Notes: generated by a model not told the origin, from the sequence alone. Counted from the stretch's first letter, positions 19,171-30,422 are shown. The stretch: 64,000 nucleotides of DNA from Candidatus Nanopelagicales bacterium (GCA_030827125.1 JAURFD010000005.1:53046-117045); one strand, 5' to 3'. Program-made: numbers and translations.

Positions 19171-19605
19171 ATGGCTGACCAGACCGAGTCGAGCATCGTC
19201 ATCGATGCGTCCGCAGCAACGATCATGGACGTCATCGCCGACCTTCCGGCCTATCCGCAATGGAGCGACGGCATCACCGAGGTGACCGTGCTCGAGGAAA
19301 AGGACGGGCGACCCTTCCGAGCGCGCTTCCACCTCGAGTCAGGGCCGATCCGAGACACCTATGAACTGCAGTACGACTGGGAGGGCGAGCGGCGAGTCTC
19401 GTGGACTCTCGTGGCGGGCGACATGCTCACCGGCATGGACGGTGTCTACGAGCTCAGCCCCGAGGGCAGCGGGACGTCCGTGAGTTACCGGCTCGCGGTC
19501 GACGTGAAGATTCCCATGATCGGCATGATCAAGCGCAAGGCTGAACGCGTCATCGTGGACACGGCGCTGAAGGGCCTGCGCAAGCGGGTGGCTGAGGTCG
19601 GCTAG
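19171..19605 (+). CDS. SRPBCC family protein (TB16.3-like)
   Basis: 144 aa from the ATG at 19171 (MADQTESSIVIDASAATIMDVIADLPAYPQWS...). Typical SRPBCC N-terminus. Confidence 0.7.
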   Translation: MADQTESSIVIDASAATIMDVIADLPAYPQWSDGITEVTVLEEKDGRPFRARFHLESGPIRDTYELQYDWEGERRVSWTLVAGDMLTGMDGVYELSPEGSGTSVSYRLAVDVKIPMIGMIKRKAERVIVDTALKGLRKRVAEVG

Positions 19606-19611
19606 AGAGCG

Positions 19612-20340
19612 CTAGACAACTGCGCCATTGTCGCCGTCGTCACGGGGTGATCCGGACCGGGCGACGAGGGCGATGAAGCCGGCGGTGAAGGCAATGAACC
19701 CGGCGGCGGCCAACCAGGTCCCCCAGCCGAGGACGAAGCTGAGCACCATGGCGAGTGGTCCGCCGATGATGCCCGACCACGCCGCAACGTCGAATCGATC
19801 CCGCGGCTTCGGGAGCGGTGGGGGCGGCTCAGGGACGAAGCGATCCTCATCGGGATCCTCGAAGACCGTGTAGTCGCGAGGCCCGGCAGCCGCCGGCTCC
19901 GCCGCGGTGTGCTCGCGGACCAGCCGCTCGGACAGTCCCGATCCTCCTTCCTCGAGCCCCGGACGTTCCGGAGCCTCTGCCGAGTGGAATCCGCTGATGA
20001 TCTCCTGCCAAGCCCGATCGACCTGTTCGGCGGATGCCCGGGACATGTCCTGCGCATCTTCGTTGGCCGCGGCGGCGGCGTGGAAGTCTGCGCGGAGCAT
20101 CGGCAACTGTCGGTTGATTACCTCGCGGGCAGCGGGCAGGCTCGTGCGGACGACGTAGACACGGGTGGTCGGTCGATTGGGGGCTCGCACGTCGCGGTAG
20201 GGGCCGGTGTCTCCCACGAGAGGCTCCGCGTAGGCGAGAAGGCTCGCCGCCGCGAGCACGTCGAGAACGTGCTCGGCGAGGGGCGGATCGACGTCGACGA
20301 GTGGGGCGTACGCCGCTGCGGGGAGACCGTGGGTGGGCAT
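19612..20340 (-). CDS. Conserved hypothetical protein with a C-terminal double-TM anchor
   Basis: 242 aa. Acidic/Pro-rich linker followed by hydrophobic helices (WSGIIGGPLAMVLSFVLGWGTWLAAAGFIAFTAGFIALV). High GC3. Confidence 0.55.
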   Translation of the reverse strand: MPTHGLPAAAYAPLVDVDPPLAEHVLDVLAAASLLAYAEPLVGDTGPYRDVRAPNRPTTRVYVVRTSLPAAREVINRQLPMLRADFHAAAAANEDAQDMSRASAEQVDRAWQEIISGFHSAEAPERPGLEEGGSGLSERLVREHTAAEPAAAGPRDYTVFEDPDEDRFVPEPPPPLPKPRDRFDVAAWSGIIGGPLAMVLSFVLGWGTWLAAAGFIAFTAGFIALVARSGSPRDDGDNGAVV

Positions 20341-20342
20341 GG

Positions 20343-21086
20343 CTAGGACAGGCGGCGGACGAACTCGATGCTGCCCGAGACGATGGTCTCGGCGTCATTG
20401 TCGAGGGTGGCCACGTGGTAGGAGTCGGGCAGGACGACCTCCGTGGCGTCTGCACTCGAGACGTGATCAAGGATGAACTTCGCGTTGGACGCCTCGACGA
20501 CGTGGTCCTCTGCGCTGCGGAAGAGCAGCAGCGGCTGGGTGACGCGTGCGATGTCTTCCTTGACGGCCTTCCACAGTTTGGTGAGGGAGTGTGCCGCTTT
20601 CAGCGGGATCTTGTCGTAGGCCCCCTCGTCCTGACCGGGCTTCTTGATGTCGTTCGAGATGCCGGGGAAGGAGGGGACGATGAGTTGGAGAAGCGGGAGG
20701 GCGAAGCGGTCCGGGCGCTCGGAGTGGACCGCGGGGTTGACCAGGACGATGCCCGTGATTGCGTCACCGTGTTGCTCGGCAAGCCGGAGCGTGAGCGAGC
20801 CGCCCATGGACAGACCGAAGACGAATACCTTCTCGCAGGAGTTCGAGAGCTCGCGGAAGGACCGCTCGGCCTCGGCGTACCAGTCTTCCCATCGGGTGAG
20901 GTTCATGTCCTGCCAGCGGGTCCCGTGTCCGGGGAGCCGCGGGACGCGGACGGTGTGGCCCTCGGCAGCCATGCGTTCGCCCCAGGGCGTCATGGACTTG
21001 GGAGAGCCGGTGAACCCATGCAGGAGCAGGATTCCGGTGCTTCCACCGTCAGTGCTGTAGGGCTCGGCGCCCGGCATCAAGGGCAT
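20343..21086 (-). CDS. Alpha/beta hydrolase (carboxylesterase/monoacylglycerol lipase-like)
   Basis: Nucleophile elbow GLSMGG and HGFTG oxyanion region, 247 aa. Confidence 0.8.
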   Translation of the reverse strand: MPLMPGAEPYSTDGGSTGILLLHGFTGSPKSMTPWGERMAAEGHTVRVPRLPGHGTRWQDMNLTRWEDWYAEAERSFRELSNSCEKVFVFGLSMGGSLTLRLAEQHGDAITGIVLVNPAVHSERPDRFALPLLQLIVPSFPGISNDIKKPGQDEGAYDKIPLKAAHSLTKLWKAVKEDIARVTQPLLLFRSAEDHVVEASNAKFILDHVSSADATEVVLPDSYHVATLDNDAETIVSGSIEFVRRLS

Positions 21087-21136
21087 GTTCGCCTCCTTCG
21101 ACCTCCCGATAGTGCCACAGGACTAAGGTTGCGCAC

Positions 21137-21844
21137 GTGCTCTACTGGGTGCTCAAGTGGATCGTGGTGGGTCCGTGGCTGCGCGTCCTCTACCGGCCGT
21201 GGACCCAAAACATGGACGTCGTACCCAAGAACGGATCGGCCATCCTGGTGAGCAACCACCTGTCCTTCTCCGATTCCTTCTTCCTCCCGCTGGTGTGCCC
21301 GCGGCCGATCACCTTCCTGGCCAAGGCCGAGTACTTCAACGGCAAGGGCATCAAGGGACTGTTCAGCAAGTTGTTCTTCACCGGGGTCGGTCAGGTGCCC
21401 ATCGACCGGACGAGTGGGCGGGCGGCGGAGGCGGCGATCAACACCGGCATCCGGATTCTCAAGCAGGGCGACCTCCTCGGCATCTATCCGGAGGGCACCC
21501 GCACCGCCGACGGCCGGCTCTACCGGGGCAAGACCGGGATGGCGCGGATGGCTCTCGAAAGCGGCTCGCCCGTGATCCCGGTCGCGATGATCGGCACATA
21601 CGAGATCCAACCCCCGGGCAAGGTCCGCCCCAAGATCCGTCGCGTGGGTGTTCGGTTCGGCGAGCCGTTGGAGTTTGGTCGCTATGAAGGTCTCGAGAGT
21701 GATCGCTTCGTCCTGCGGTCGGTGACCGATGAGGTCATGTACTCCCTGATGGAGTTGTCGGGACAGGAGTACGTCGACATCTACGCTTCGCGCGCCAAGG
21801 CGCTGCGCAAGGAAGAGGACGAAGCCGCGGAGTCGGAGGACTAG
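21137..21844 (+). CDS. plsC: 1-acyl-sn-glycerol-3-phosphate acyltransferase family protein
   Basis: HX4D motif NHLSFSDS and the YPEGTR block. Confidence 0.85.
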   Translation: MLYWVLKWIVVGPWLRVLYRPWTQNMDVVPKNGSAILVSNHLSFSDSFFLPLVCPRPITFLAKAEYFNGKGIKGLFSKLFFTGVGQVPIDRTSGRAAEAAINTGIRILKQGDLLGIYPEGTRTADGRLYRGKTGMARMALESGSPVIPVAMIGTYEIQPPGKVRPKIRRVGVRFGEPLEFGRYEGLESDRFVLRSVTDEVMYSLMELSGQEYVDIYASRAKALRKEEDEAAESED

Positions 21845-21850
21845 CGGCCG

Positions 21851-22636
21851 TCAGCCGTCGAAGCCGGGGCGTGGCACGGTGCCCATCAAGCGTGTCGAGA
21901 AGCCACCATCCACGGTGATATCGGCACCCGTCACGTAGCGGGCACGGTCGCTGGCGAGGAAGACGACCACGTCGGCGATGTCGTCTGCGCGAGCGACCCG
22001 GCGCAGGGGGACTGCCGCATCGCGACGCTCGGCAACGCCGTCGGCTTGGTAGTACGCCTCGGTCATCGGCGTGCGCACGAGCCCGGGACTCACCGAGTTG
22101 CTTCGCACTCCGGAGGGGCCGAGTTCGTAGGCCAGTTGCTTCGACATCATGGCGACAGCGCTTTTCGATGCGCTATACGCACCACTGCCGGGTTGCGGGT
22201 GGCGAGCCGAAATCGACGCGATGTGAATGAGGGAACCGCCACCCCGTTCGACCATGGCCGGCGCAAACGTCCGTGTGGTGCGCAGGTAGCCGGTCAGATT
22301 GACGGCGAGGACAGCCTCCCAGTCCTCAAGGTCGAGATCGAGCAGGCTGCCGGCCCGGCCGATGCCCGCCGCGTTCACCAGAATGTCCACGGGGCCGAGA
22401 TCCGCCGCGGACCGACTGAGCGCTGCGCTGTCCGTGACGTCGCAGGCAACCCCGTCCATCGGCAGGTCTGCTGCTCGGGCCATGTCAAGGGTTGTGGCGA
22501 TCGCGGCGTCATCGCGATCAATCCCCACGACGTGCACTCCGACTCGTGCAAGTGCGAGTGCGCTGCCCTGGCCGATGCCACTGCCGGCACCGGTGACGAC
22601 CGCGCGGCGCCCGGAGAGGCCCAGCCAGTCGCTCAT
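21851..22636 (-). CDS. Short-chain dehydrogenase/reductase (SDR)
   Basis: TGAGSGIG cofactor motif and YSASK catalytic YxxxK. The ATG at 22636 forms an ATGA overlap with the FMO stop. Confidence 0.85.
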   Translation of the reverse strand: MSDWLGLSGRRAVVTGAGSGIGQGSALALARVGVHVVGIDRDDAAIATTLDMARAADLPMDGVACDVTDSAALSRSAADLGPVDILVNAAGIGRAGSLLDLDLEDWEAVLAVNLTGYLRTTRTFAPAMVERGGGSLIHIASISARHPQPGSGAYSASKSAVAMMSKQLAYELGPSGVRSNSVSPGLVRTPMTEAYYQADGVAERRDAAVPLRRVARADDIADVVVFLASDRARYVTGADITVDGGFSTRLMGTVPRPGFDG

Positions 22637-23934
22637 GCGGACACGTCGACAGCGGCTCGGGCCGGCTGCGAGGCGGCGAGAACCTGGAGCGCGACCTTCG
22701 TCTGCTCGACCTGCTCGAGCCACAGCGGGCGGAGGATGTCAATGCGCCACTCGTGGTCCTGCGCCTGCGTGAGAGGCCCCGCGATCGGGACGAAACCCTC
22801 CGGGGAGGTTTCGTGGATGGCGATCATCCGCTCAGCCAGATCAGCCTGGATCGGGTAGATGGGCGGCTGCGGTCCGCGGGCTCCGATCATCCCGATGAGG
22901 TAAAGCTTCTCCAGATTGAGCGGTACGACCGCGCCACCGACGCGCAAGGGAACACCGTCGCGCTTGACGAGCAGTGAGTCGTCGAGGAAGGGCAGGGAGG
23001 CGTGGAAGCCGGTCGCCCAAAGGATCGTGTCGAACTCTCCGCTTGTTCCATCAACGAAGTGCACCGTCGTACCGTCGAAGCGCTCGATGCCGGGTCGGAC
23101 AGTGATGCGTCCGTGCTGGACCCAGTAGAGCAGCAGTTCGTTGACGACCGGGGGACCGTCTGCGAGGGCACGATGGTCCGGAACCGGCATGCCGGGATAG
23201 TCGGTCGCCTCGCCCACCGACACCCGCATCATCAACCGTGCCAGGAGGTCCTGCTCCTCGAAGGTGAACTCCTGCATCCACGCGAGTTCGGAGCGCGGCT
23301 TGCCGAAGAACGTCTTCGGCTGAAAGTGATGTCCGCGTCGAATGACGATGTGCGTATCGAAGTGATCCTGTGCCGCGTCGACCGCCAGGTCACAGCCAGA
23401 GTTGCCCGACCCGACGACGAGCACGCGACGTCCCTTGATGTCCGCGGTGTTGCGGTACGACCCGGAGTGGATGTGCTTGCCGGCAAATGTTCCGGGCACC
23501 TCGGGGATCTTCTGGTCCCACAGGTGGCCGTTGGCGACGAGAACGCCGTCGTACTCGTGCTGCACGCCGTCGGAGGTTGTGACGGTCCATCCGGCGGAAC
23601 CCGTCGGACCGGACGCCGGCCGAGGTTGGACAGATTCGACAGCCGTCTCGAAGGTGATGTGCCGGCGCAAGTCGAAGGTGTCGGCGAAGAGGTGGAAGTA
23701 CTCCAGCATCTTGTCCCGGTGGGGGAAGAGCGGCCAGTCCTCGGGCATGGGGAATCCCTCATATCCGGTCACCTGGCGCGACGTGATGAGGTGGAGTGCG
23801 TCGTAGTCGTGGTTCCAGTGACCGCCGATGCGGTCGGACTTCTCGAAGCAATCCACTTCGTGGCCGGCGTCGAGCATGGTCTTCAATGCGGCGAGGCCAG
23901 CCGGACCGGCGCCGATGATGCAATACCGAGTCAT
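22633..23934 (-). CDS. Flavin-containing monooxygenase (class B FMO/BVMO-like)
   Basis: GAGPAG (FAD), FMO-identifying FAGKHIHSGSYR (FxGxxxHxxxY) and GSGNSG (NADPH). Confidence 0.85.
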   Translation of the reverse strand: MTRYCIIGAGPAGLAALKTMLDAGHEVDCFEKSDRIGGHWNHDYDALHLITSRQVTGYEGFPMPEDWPLFPHRDKMLEYFHLFADTFDLRRHITFETAVESVQPRPASGPTGSAGWTVTTSDGVQHEYDGVLVANGHLWDQKIPEVPGTFAGKHIHSGSYRNTADIKGRRVLVVGSGNSGCDLAVDAAQDHFDTHIVIRRGHHFQPKTFFGKPRSELAWMQEFTFEEQDLLARLMMRVSVGEATDYPGMPVPDHRALADGPPVVNELLLYWVQHGRITVRPGIERFDGTTVHFVDGTSGEFDTILWATGFHASLPFLDDSLLVKRDGVPLRVGGAVVPLNLEKLYLIGMIGARGPQPPIYPIQADLAERMIAIHETSPEGFVPIAGPLTQAQDHEWRIDILRPLWLEQVEQTKVALQVLAASQPARAAVDVSA

Positions 23935-24674
23935 GACTCCTCCTGTCGAGGTGAGCTGAGTAGATAGGCGAAGAGTGGATGTTGGTCGACGCTGAAGGCA
24001 CCGACCTCGCGGTACCCGCGGGCGAACTCCGCGACAGTTGAGCGAATGTGGTCCTGCCAGGCCGTCACCGCTTCGGCCGGGTTGGTCGCAGCGATCGCGG
24101 CCAGTGTTCGTTCGTGGCGCGCGATGAGGGCGTCGTGATCGGTGCTTTCGTAGGTGATGCCAAGGAGTCGGACGAACGATGCGGCGTCACGGCCACTGTT
24201 CTCGAGCATGGCAGCGATGCGCGGCAGGTCCGAAAGGCGCATGAGAGCGTCCTGGAAGGCGAGGTCGGCCTCGAGCATGGACACCGGATCGGCCTGCACG
24301 ATCGGATCACGAAGGCGGTCGAGGAGCGAGGTGACCTCGTCGAACGTTGCGCGATCCACGCCCCTACGCGCGACCGTCGCCAGTGCCAGCTCGCCAAGGG
24401 TCATGCGAGCGGCATAGACCTCGAGGACGTCGTCAAACGTGGGGTCGGCAACCACGGCACCACGATTGCGGCGCAGGACGATCAAGCCCTCGGGCGCGAG
24501 CAGGCGGATTGCTTCACGCACCGGACCCCGCGAGATCTCGAACCGTTCGGCGAGGTCTGTTTCGACCAGTCGGTCGCCGGGTCGAAGTGTGCCCTGCCAG
24601 ATGGCCTCGCGAATCCGGTCGGCCACGAGATGGGCGGTCGACGACTCGGGGAGGGGCGCCAACGCCGTGCTCAT
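23931..24674 (-). CDS. GntR-family (FadR/FCD subfamily) transcriptional regulator
   Basis: N-terminal winged HTH (ERFEISRGPVREAIRLLAPEGLIV) and an all-helical C-terminal domain. ATGA overlaps on both sides. Confidence 0.85.
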   Translation of the reverse strand: MSTALAPLPESSTAHLVADRIREAIWQGTLRPGDRLVETDLAERFEISRGPVREAIRLLAPEGLIVLRRNRGAVVADPTFDDVLEVYAARMTLGELALATVARRGVDRATFDEVTSLLDRLRDPIVQADPVSMLEADLAFQDALMRLSDLPRIAAMLENSGRDAASFVRLLGITYESTDHDALIARHERTLAAIAATNPAEAVTAWQDHIRSTVAEFARGYREVGAFSVDQHPLFAYLLSSPRQEES

Positions 24675-25366
24675 CGCATCACGTCCGCTCCGGAGATCAC
24701 GATCGTTTCGCCGTCGACGAAGCCGGCATTACCCGAGCCCGTGAGGATCCACACCCACTCGGCGATCTCGGCAGGTGCGGCCACACGGCCCAATGGAATC
24801 GAAGCGGCGGCCTGCGCCATGCGGCCCGTGGCGGCATTGCCGGGGGTGTCGACCCACCCGGGCGCGATGCCGTTGACGCGAATCCGTCGCGGGGCGAGTT
24901 CGAGGGCGAGCTCCTTGGTCAGCATGACGACGGCGGCCTTGGATGCGCCGTAGAGCAACTGACCGGGGGAGACCGTGAAGGCGTCGACTGAGGCGAAGTT
25001 GACTATGGCCGAACCGGCGTCCATGTGATCGAGTGCCGCCCGCGTGACGTTGAGTAGGCCGAGGACATTGATGTCGAAGATGTGGCGGAAGAGTTCGTCG
25101 GTATAGGTCCCGATGGTGGTGGGCGGATACACGCCGGCGATGTTGGCAACCGCATCGATGCCCGTGGCGGGGGCGTGCTCCGCAAGGGCTTGACGCACGG
25201 CCTCGCCGTCGCGGATATCGATCTGGATCGCCGTGAGATTGGGGTGCTCGATGCCGAGGTTGTCGGCGATGTCGAGGCCGAGAACCTGCCAGCCACGGTC
25301 GAGGTACATCGCCGCCGTGGCCTGGCCCATGCCGCTTGCGGCGCCAGTGACGAGTGCGGTCCCCAT
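24671..25366 (-). CDS. Short-chain dehydrogenase/reductase (SDR)
   Basis: TGAASGMG and YGASKAAV motifs. First gene of the four-gene operon. Confidence 0.85.
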   Translation of the reverse strand: MGTALVTGAASGMGQATAAMYLDRGWQVLGLDIADNLGIEHPNLTAIQIDIRDGEAVRQALAEHAPATGIDAVANIAGVYPPTTIGTYTDELFRHIFDINVLGLLNVTRAALDHMDAGSAIVNFASVDAFTVSPGQLLYGASKAAVVMLTKELALELAPRRIRVNGIAPGWVDTPGNAATGRMAQAAASIPLGRVAAPAEIAEWVWILTGSGNAGFVDGETIVISGADVMR

Positions 25367-25432
25367 GGGCCTCCCTGCGCAATGGCCGTATGGCCGGTCG
25401 TCGTGTCGGCCAGACGCTAGGGGCTAAATCGT

Positions 25433-25448
25433 AGATTGTCAACAATCT
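25433..25448. promoter_or_regulatory. Candidate GntR operator: AGATTGT-CA-ACAATCT
   Basis: Perfect 7-bp inverted repeat in an AT-rich patch 67-82 nt upstream of the operon's first ATG. Its GT..AC core fits the FadR-subfamily operator style. Confidence 0.45.
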
Positions 25449-25492
25449 GTGCGCAGCGGGCTCGGGCGAGATGGCTTCGGCCGGAGAAACGG

Positions 25493-26971
<1,479 letters not shown>

Positions 26972-27084
26972 GCTGGCGACCCTAGTCCGGTGTCGACCGG
27001 GAGAGGAGGGGGTCGGAATGGCGCGGCGATGGGCTAGGCTCTGAGAACGTTTACAGCCGTCCCACTGATCTTCCTGGAGTTTCG

Positions 27085-28110
27085 ATGCGCGTAGGTGTCC
27101 TCACCGGTGGCGGCGACTGCCCCGGCCTCAATGCAGTGATCCGAGCTGTGGTCCGCAAGGGGGTGAAGGAGTACGGGTTCGACTTCGTGGGTTTCCGTGA
27201 TGGCTGGAAGGGCCCGCTCGAGGGCATCACGATGGACCTCGATGTCGCGGCGGTGCGTGGCATTCTGCCGCGCGGCGGCACCATCTTGGGCTCCTCCCGC
27301 ACCAACCCCATCAAGATCGAAGGTGGGGTCGAGCGGATCGAGCAGAATCTGTCCGATCTCGGCGTCGATGCGCTCGTCGCGATTGGCGGCGAGGACACCC
27401 TGGGTGTCGCGACCAAACTTGCCGAGCACGGTCTTCCGGTGATCGGCGTACCCAAGACCATCGACAACGATCTGAACGCCACCGACTACACCTTCGGCTT
27501 CGACACCGCTGTCACCATCGCGACCGAGGCCATCGACCGCCTTCATACGACGGCCGAGTCGCACCACCGGGTGCTTGTCATTGAGGTCATGGGTCGTCAT
27601 GCCGGCTGGATCGCCTTGCACTCCGGCATGGCCGGTGGCGCCAACGTCATCCTCATCCCCGAGGTGCCGTTCGATCTAGACGAGGTCTGCGGCTGGGTTG
27701 AGCAGCGGTTCGAGCAGCAGTACGCCCCCATCATCTGCGTGGCGGAGGGCGCCCTGCCCAAGGATGGCGACCTCATCACAAAGGATGCGACGGTCGACGC
27801 CTTCGGTCACGTGAAACTCAGTGGTATCGGTGACTGGCTGGCCAGCGTGATTGAGCAGCGCACCGGCAAGGAGTCCCGTGCGGCGGTTCTCGGGCACATC
27901 CAGCGCGGCGGCACGCCGACGGCGTTCGACCGCGTGCTCGCCACCCGGTTCGGGCTGAACGCCATCGACGCGGTCAGGGACGGTGACTCGGGCAAGATGG
28001 TCGCCCTGCGGGGGACTGACATCGTCCGAGTGCCGCTCGCCGATGCCACCGGGGAGCTCAAGACCGTGCCGATCGCCCGCTACGACGAGGCCAAGGCCTT
28101 CTTCGGCTGA
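27085..28110 (+). CDS. pfkA: 6-phosphofructokinase
   Basis: GGDCPGLNA, IGGEDTL, PKTIDND and MGRHAG motifs, 341 aa. Confidence 0.92.
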   Translation: MRVGVLTGGGDCPGLNAVIRAVVRKGVKEYGFDFVGFRDGWKGPLEGITMDLDVAAVRGILPRGGTILGSSRTNPIKIEGGVERIEQNLSDLGVDALVAIGGEDTLGVATKLAEHGLPVIGVPKTIDNDLNATDYTFGFDTAVTIATEAIDRLHTTAESHHRVLVIEVMGRHAGWIALHSGMAGGANVILIPEVPFDLDEVCGWVEQRFEQQYAPIICVAEGALPKDGDLITKDATVDAFGHVKLSGIGDWLASVIEQRTGKESRAAVLGHIQRGGTPTAFDRVLATRFGLNAIDAVRDGDSGKMVALRGTDIVRVPLADATGELKTVPIARYDEAKAFFG

Positions 28111-28158
28111 GCGCTCCGGCGCGACCCCCCACCCTGTCCACCGCGTACCCTGTGAGCC

Positions 28159-29484
28159 ATGTCCGAGATCGTCTGGCCTGATCTGCCTGCCGTGCAACAG
28201 CCGGTGTGGCCCGATGAGGCTGCCCTCAACGCCGTCCTCGCCGAACTTCGCACGCAGCCTCCGCTGGTCTTCGCCGGTGAGTGTGATCTGCTGACCGAGC
28301 GCCTCGGCCAGGCGGCCCGCGGTGAAGCCTTCGTGCTCACCGGAGGGGACTGCGCAGAGACGTTCGCGGCGAACACGGCCGATTCGATCCGTGCTCGGCT
28401 CAAGACCGTGCTGCAGATGTCCGTCGTCCTGACCTACGCTGCGTCGCTGCCGGTGGTGAAGCTTGGACGGGTTGCCGGCCAGTACTTCAAGCCTCGGTCC
28501 AAGGCGATCGAGGTGCGGGACGGCGTTGAACTCACGAGCTATCTCGGCGATGCGGTGAACGCGATTGAGTTCGACCCGACACTCCGCGTTCCCGATCCGC
28601 AGCGCATGCTGAAGGCCTACCACGCTTCGGGTTCGGCGCTGAATCTCATCCGCGCCTTCACCCAGGGTGGATACGCCGACCTGCGTCAGGTGCACGCGTG
28701 GAATCAGGACTTCGTGCGTGAGTCCGTGGCGGGTGAGCGCTACGAGCGCATGGCGGGCGACATTGATCGCGCGCTGTCCTTCATGCAAGCCTGCGGCGCT
28801 GATCCGGAGGAGTTCACCCGCGTGGAGTTCTACGCCGCGCACGAGGCACTCAGCCTGGACTATGAGCGCGCGTTGACCCGCATCGACTCGCGCACCGGAC
28901 TGCCGTACGACGTCTCGGGTCACTTCCTGTGGATTGGCGAGCGCACTCGGCAACTTGGCGGTGCCCATCTGCACTTCGCGTCGACGATCCGCAATCCCAT
29001 CGGCATGAAGGTCGGACCGACCGCATCCCCCGACGAGGTGCTCGAGGCTGTCGAGATCCTCAATCCCGATCGCGTGCCGGGACGCTTGAGTCTCATTACG
29101 CGGATGGGCGCGGGCAAGGTGCGCGACACACTCCCGTCGATCATCCAGAAGGTGGAGGCCAGTGGCCACCCGGTGCTGTGGATCTGCGATCCCATGCATG
29201 GCAACACCTTCGAGGCGGGGAGCGGTCACAAGACACGGTCCTTCGATGACGTCGTCGACGAGGTCGAGGGCTTCTTCGAGGTGCATCGTCAACTCGGCAC
29301 AGTGCCCGGCGGTATTCACGTCGAACTCACCGGCGACGACGTCACCGAGTGTGTCGGCGGCAGCACCGGTCTCGCCGAGCATCACCTGTACGAGCGCTAC
29401 GAGACGGCGTGCGATCCGCGACTGAATCGTGAGCAGTCTTTAGAGTTGGCGTTCCTCGTCGCCGACATGCTCCTGAAGCGCTGA
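28159..29484 (+). CDS. aroG: Class II 3-deoxy-7-phosphoheptulonate (DAHP) synthase
   Basis: 441 aa of the plant-like class II length. Blocks KPRS, WIGERTR and CDPMHGNT. Confidence 0.9.
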   Translation: MSEIVWPDLPAVQQPVWPDEAALNAVLAELRTQPPLVFAGECDLLTERLGQAARGEAFVLTGGDCAETFAANTADSIRARLKTVLQMSVVLTYAASLPVVKLGRVAGQYFKPRSKAIEVRDGVELTSYLGDAVNAIEFDPTLRVPDPQRMLKAYHASGSALNLIRAFTQGGYADLRQVHAWNQDFVRESVAGERYERMAGDIDRALSFMQACGADPEEFTRVEFYAAHEALSLDYERALTRIDSRTGLPYDVSGHFLWIGERTRQLGGAHLHFASTIRNPIGMKVGPTASPDEVLEAVEILNPDRVPGRLSLITRMGAGKVRDTLPSIIQKVEASGHPVLWICDPMHGNTFEAGSGHKTRSFDDVVDEVEGFFEVHRQLGTVPGGIHVELTGDDVTECVGGSTGLAEHHLYERYETACDPRLNREQSLELAFLVADMLLKR

Positions 29485-29557
29485 CGACCCCTTGAGGGGA
29501 ATTGCTGGTCCGGTGGGGGAGTAGCGATCCTCGGTCGGGCAGCGGCAGGATGGGCCC

Positions 29558-29890
29558 ATGGCCCACTCGTTCACCCTCTACGCGGTACGCACCACGAGAA
29601 TCGTCTGCCGCGTGGGCTGCGCGAGCCGGCGTCCTCGGCCCGAGAACATCGTGTGGGTCGACACGTTGGATGAGGCGCTTGCCCAGGGATATCGCCCGTG
29701 TCGTCGGTGCCGGCCGGATGCCGAGCATCCCCAGGAGGACTTCCGTCGTCGAACCGTCGAGGCCGCTCTCGGCATGATTCGCCTGGGCCGCACCGTGGAG
29801 GAAGCCGCCGCGGCGCTGCACATCAGCGATCGGCACCTGCGCCGCTTGGTCCGGCAGGAAACCGGTCGGTCACCGCGGGAGGCAGCATGA
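29558..29890 (+). CDS. Ada N-terminal-like zinc domain protein with a short HTH
   Basis: Cys pattern CRVGC...CRRC (Cx3C...Cx2C) as in the Ada methylphosphotriester repair domain, followed by an AraC-like half HTH. ATGA overlap with ogt. Confidence 0.65.
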   Translation: MAHSFTLYAVRTTRIVCRVGCASRRPRPENIVWVDTLDEALAQGYRPCRRCRPDAEHPQEDFRRRTVEAALGMIRLGRTVEEAAAALHISDRHLRRLVRQETGRSPREAA

Positions 29891-30396
29891 GTTCGCGAAG
29901 GTTCGCCCGTCTTGTGACCACGTCGATCAAGACTCCGTGGCGCCCTATCGGTGTCGTTGCCGACGAGGATGGCATCGTCATCGCCTCCTGGTTCGGTGAG
30001 GCGCGCGAGTCGGATATCGCTCATGTGGATCCGTCCACCGCGCAGCGGGTTCGTCGGATTCCCGGGGTCACCGATGCCGTGGAGGCCTGGGTGGAGGGAG
30101 ATGTCGACGCCATCCTCGCCGTCCCTGTCGATCAGCCCGGTGGGGAGTTCCAGCAGGCCGCGTGGTCAGCGATGCGCGACGTCCCCGGCGGCACCACGGT
30201 CTCCTACGCCGATCTTGCCGCGATGGCGGGCAACCCGCGCGCGGTGCGCGCGGCGGGCACCGCCTGTGCCGTGAACCACGTGGCACCCTTCGTGCCCTGT
30301 CACCGAATCGTTCATTCAGATGGGTCGATCAGCGCCTACGGATTCGGGCCGGAATTGAAGGTCCTGCTCCTCGAACACGAGGGCGCAATCCTGTAG
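29887..30396 (+). CDS. ogt: Methylated-DNA--protein-cysteine methyltransferase
   Basis: Active-site PCHRIV and the preceding NPRAVRAAGTAC helix, 169 aa. Confidence 0.9.
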   Translation: MSSRRFARLVTTSIKTPWRPIGVVADEDGIVIASWFGEARESDIAHVDPSTAQRVRRIPGVTDAVEAWVEGDVDAILAVPVDQPGGEFQQAAWSAMRDVPGGTTVSYADLAAMAGNPRAVRAAGTACAVNHVAPFVPCHRIVHSDGSISAYGFGPELKVLLLEHEGAIL

Positions 30397-30422
30397 AACT
30401 GCCCACCTTTTATGCCGTGACC

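Noticed and set aside
27676-29385. 569-aa minus-strand ORF spanning pfkA and the DAHP synthase gene
   Set aside because: It is antisense to two motif-verified genes and crosses their intergenic gap. Its composition is that of a GC-rich antisense artefact.
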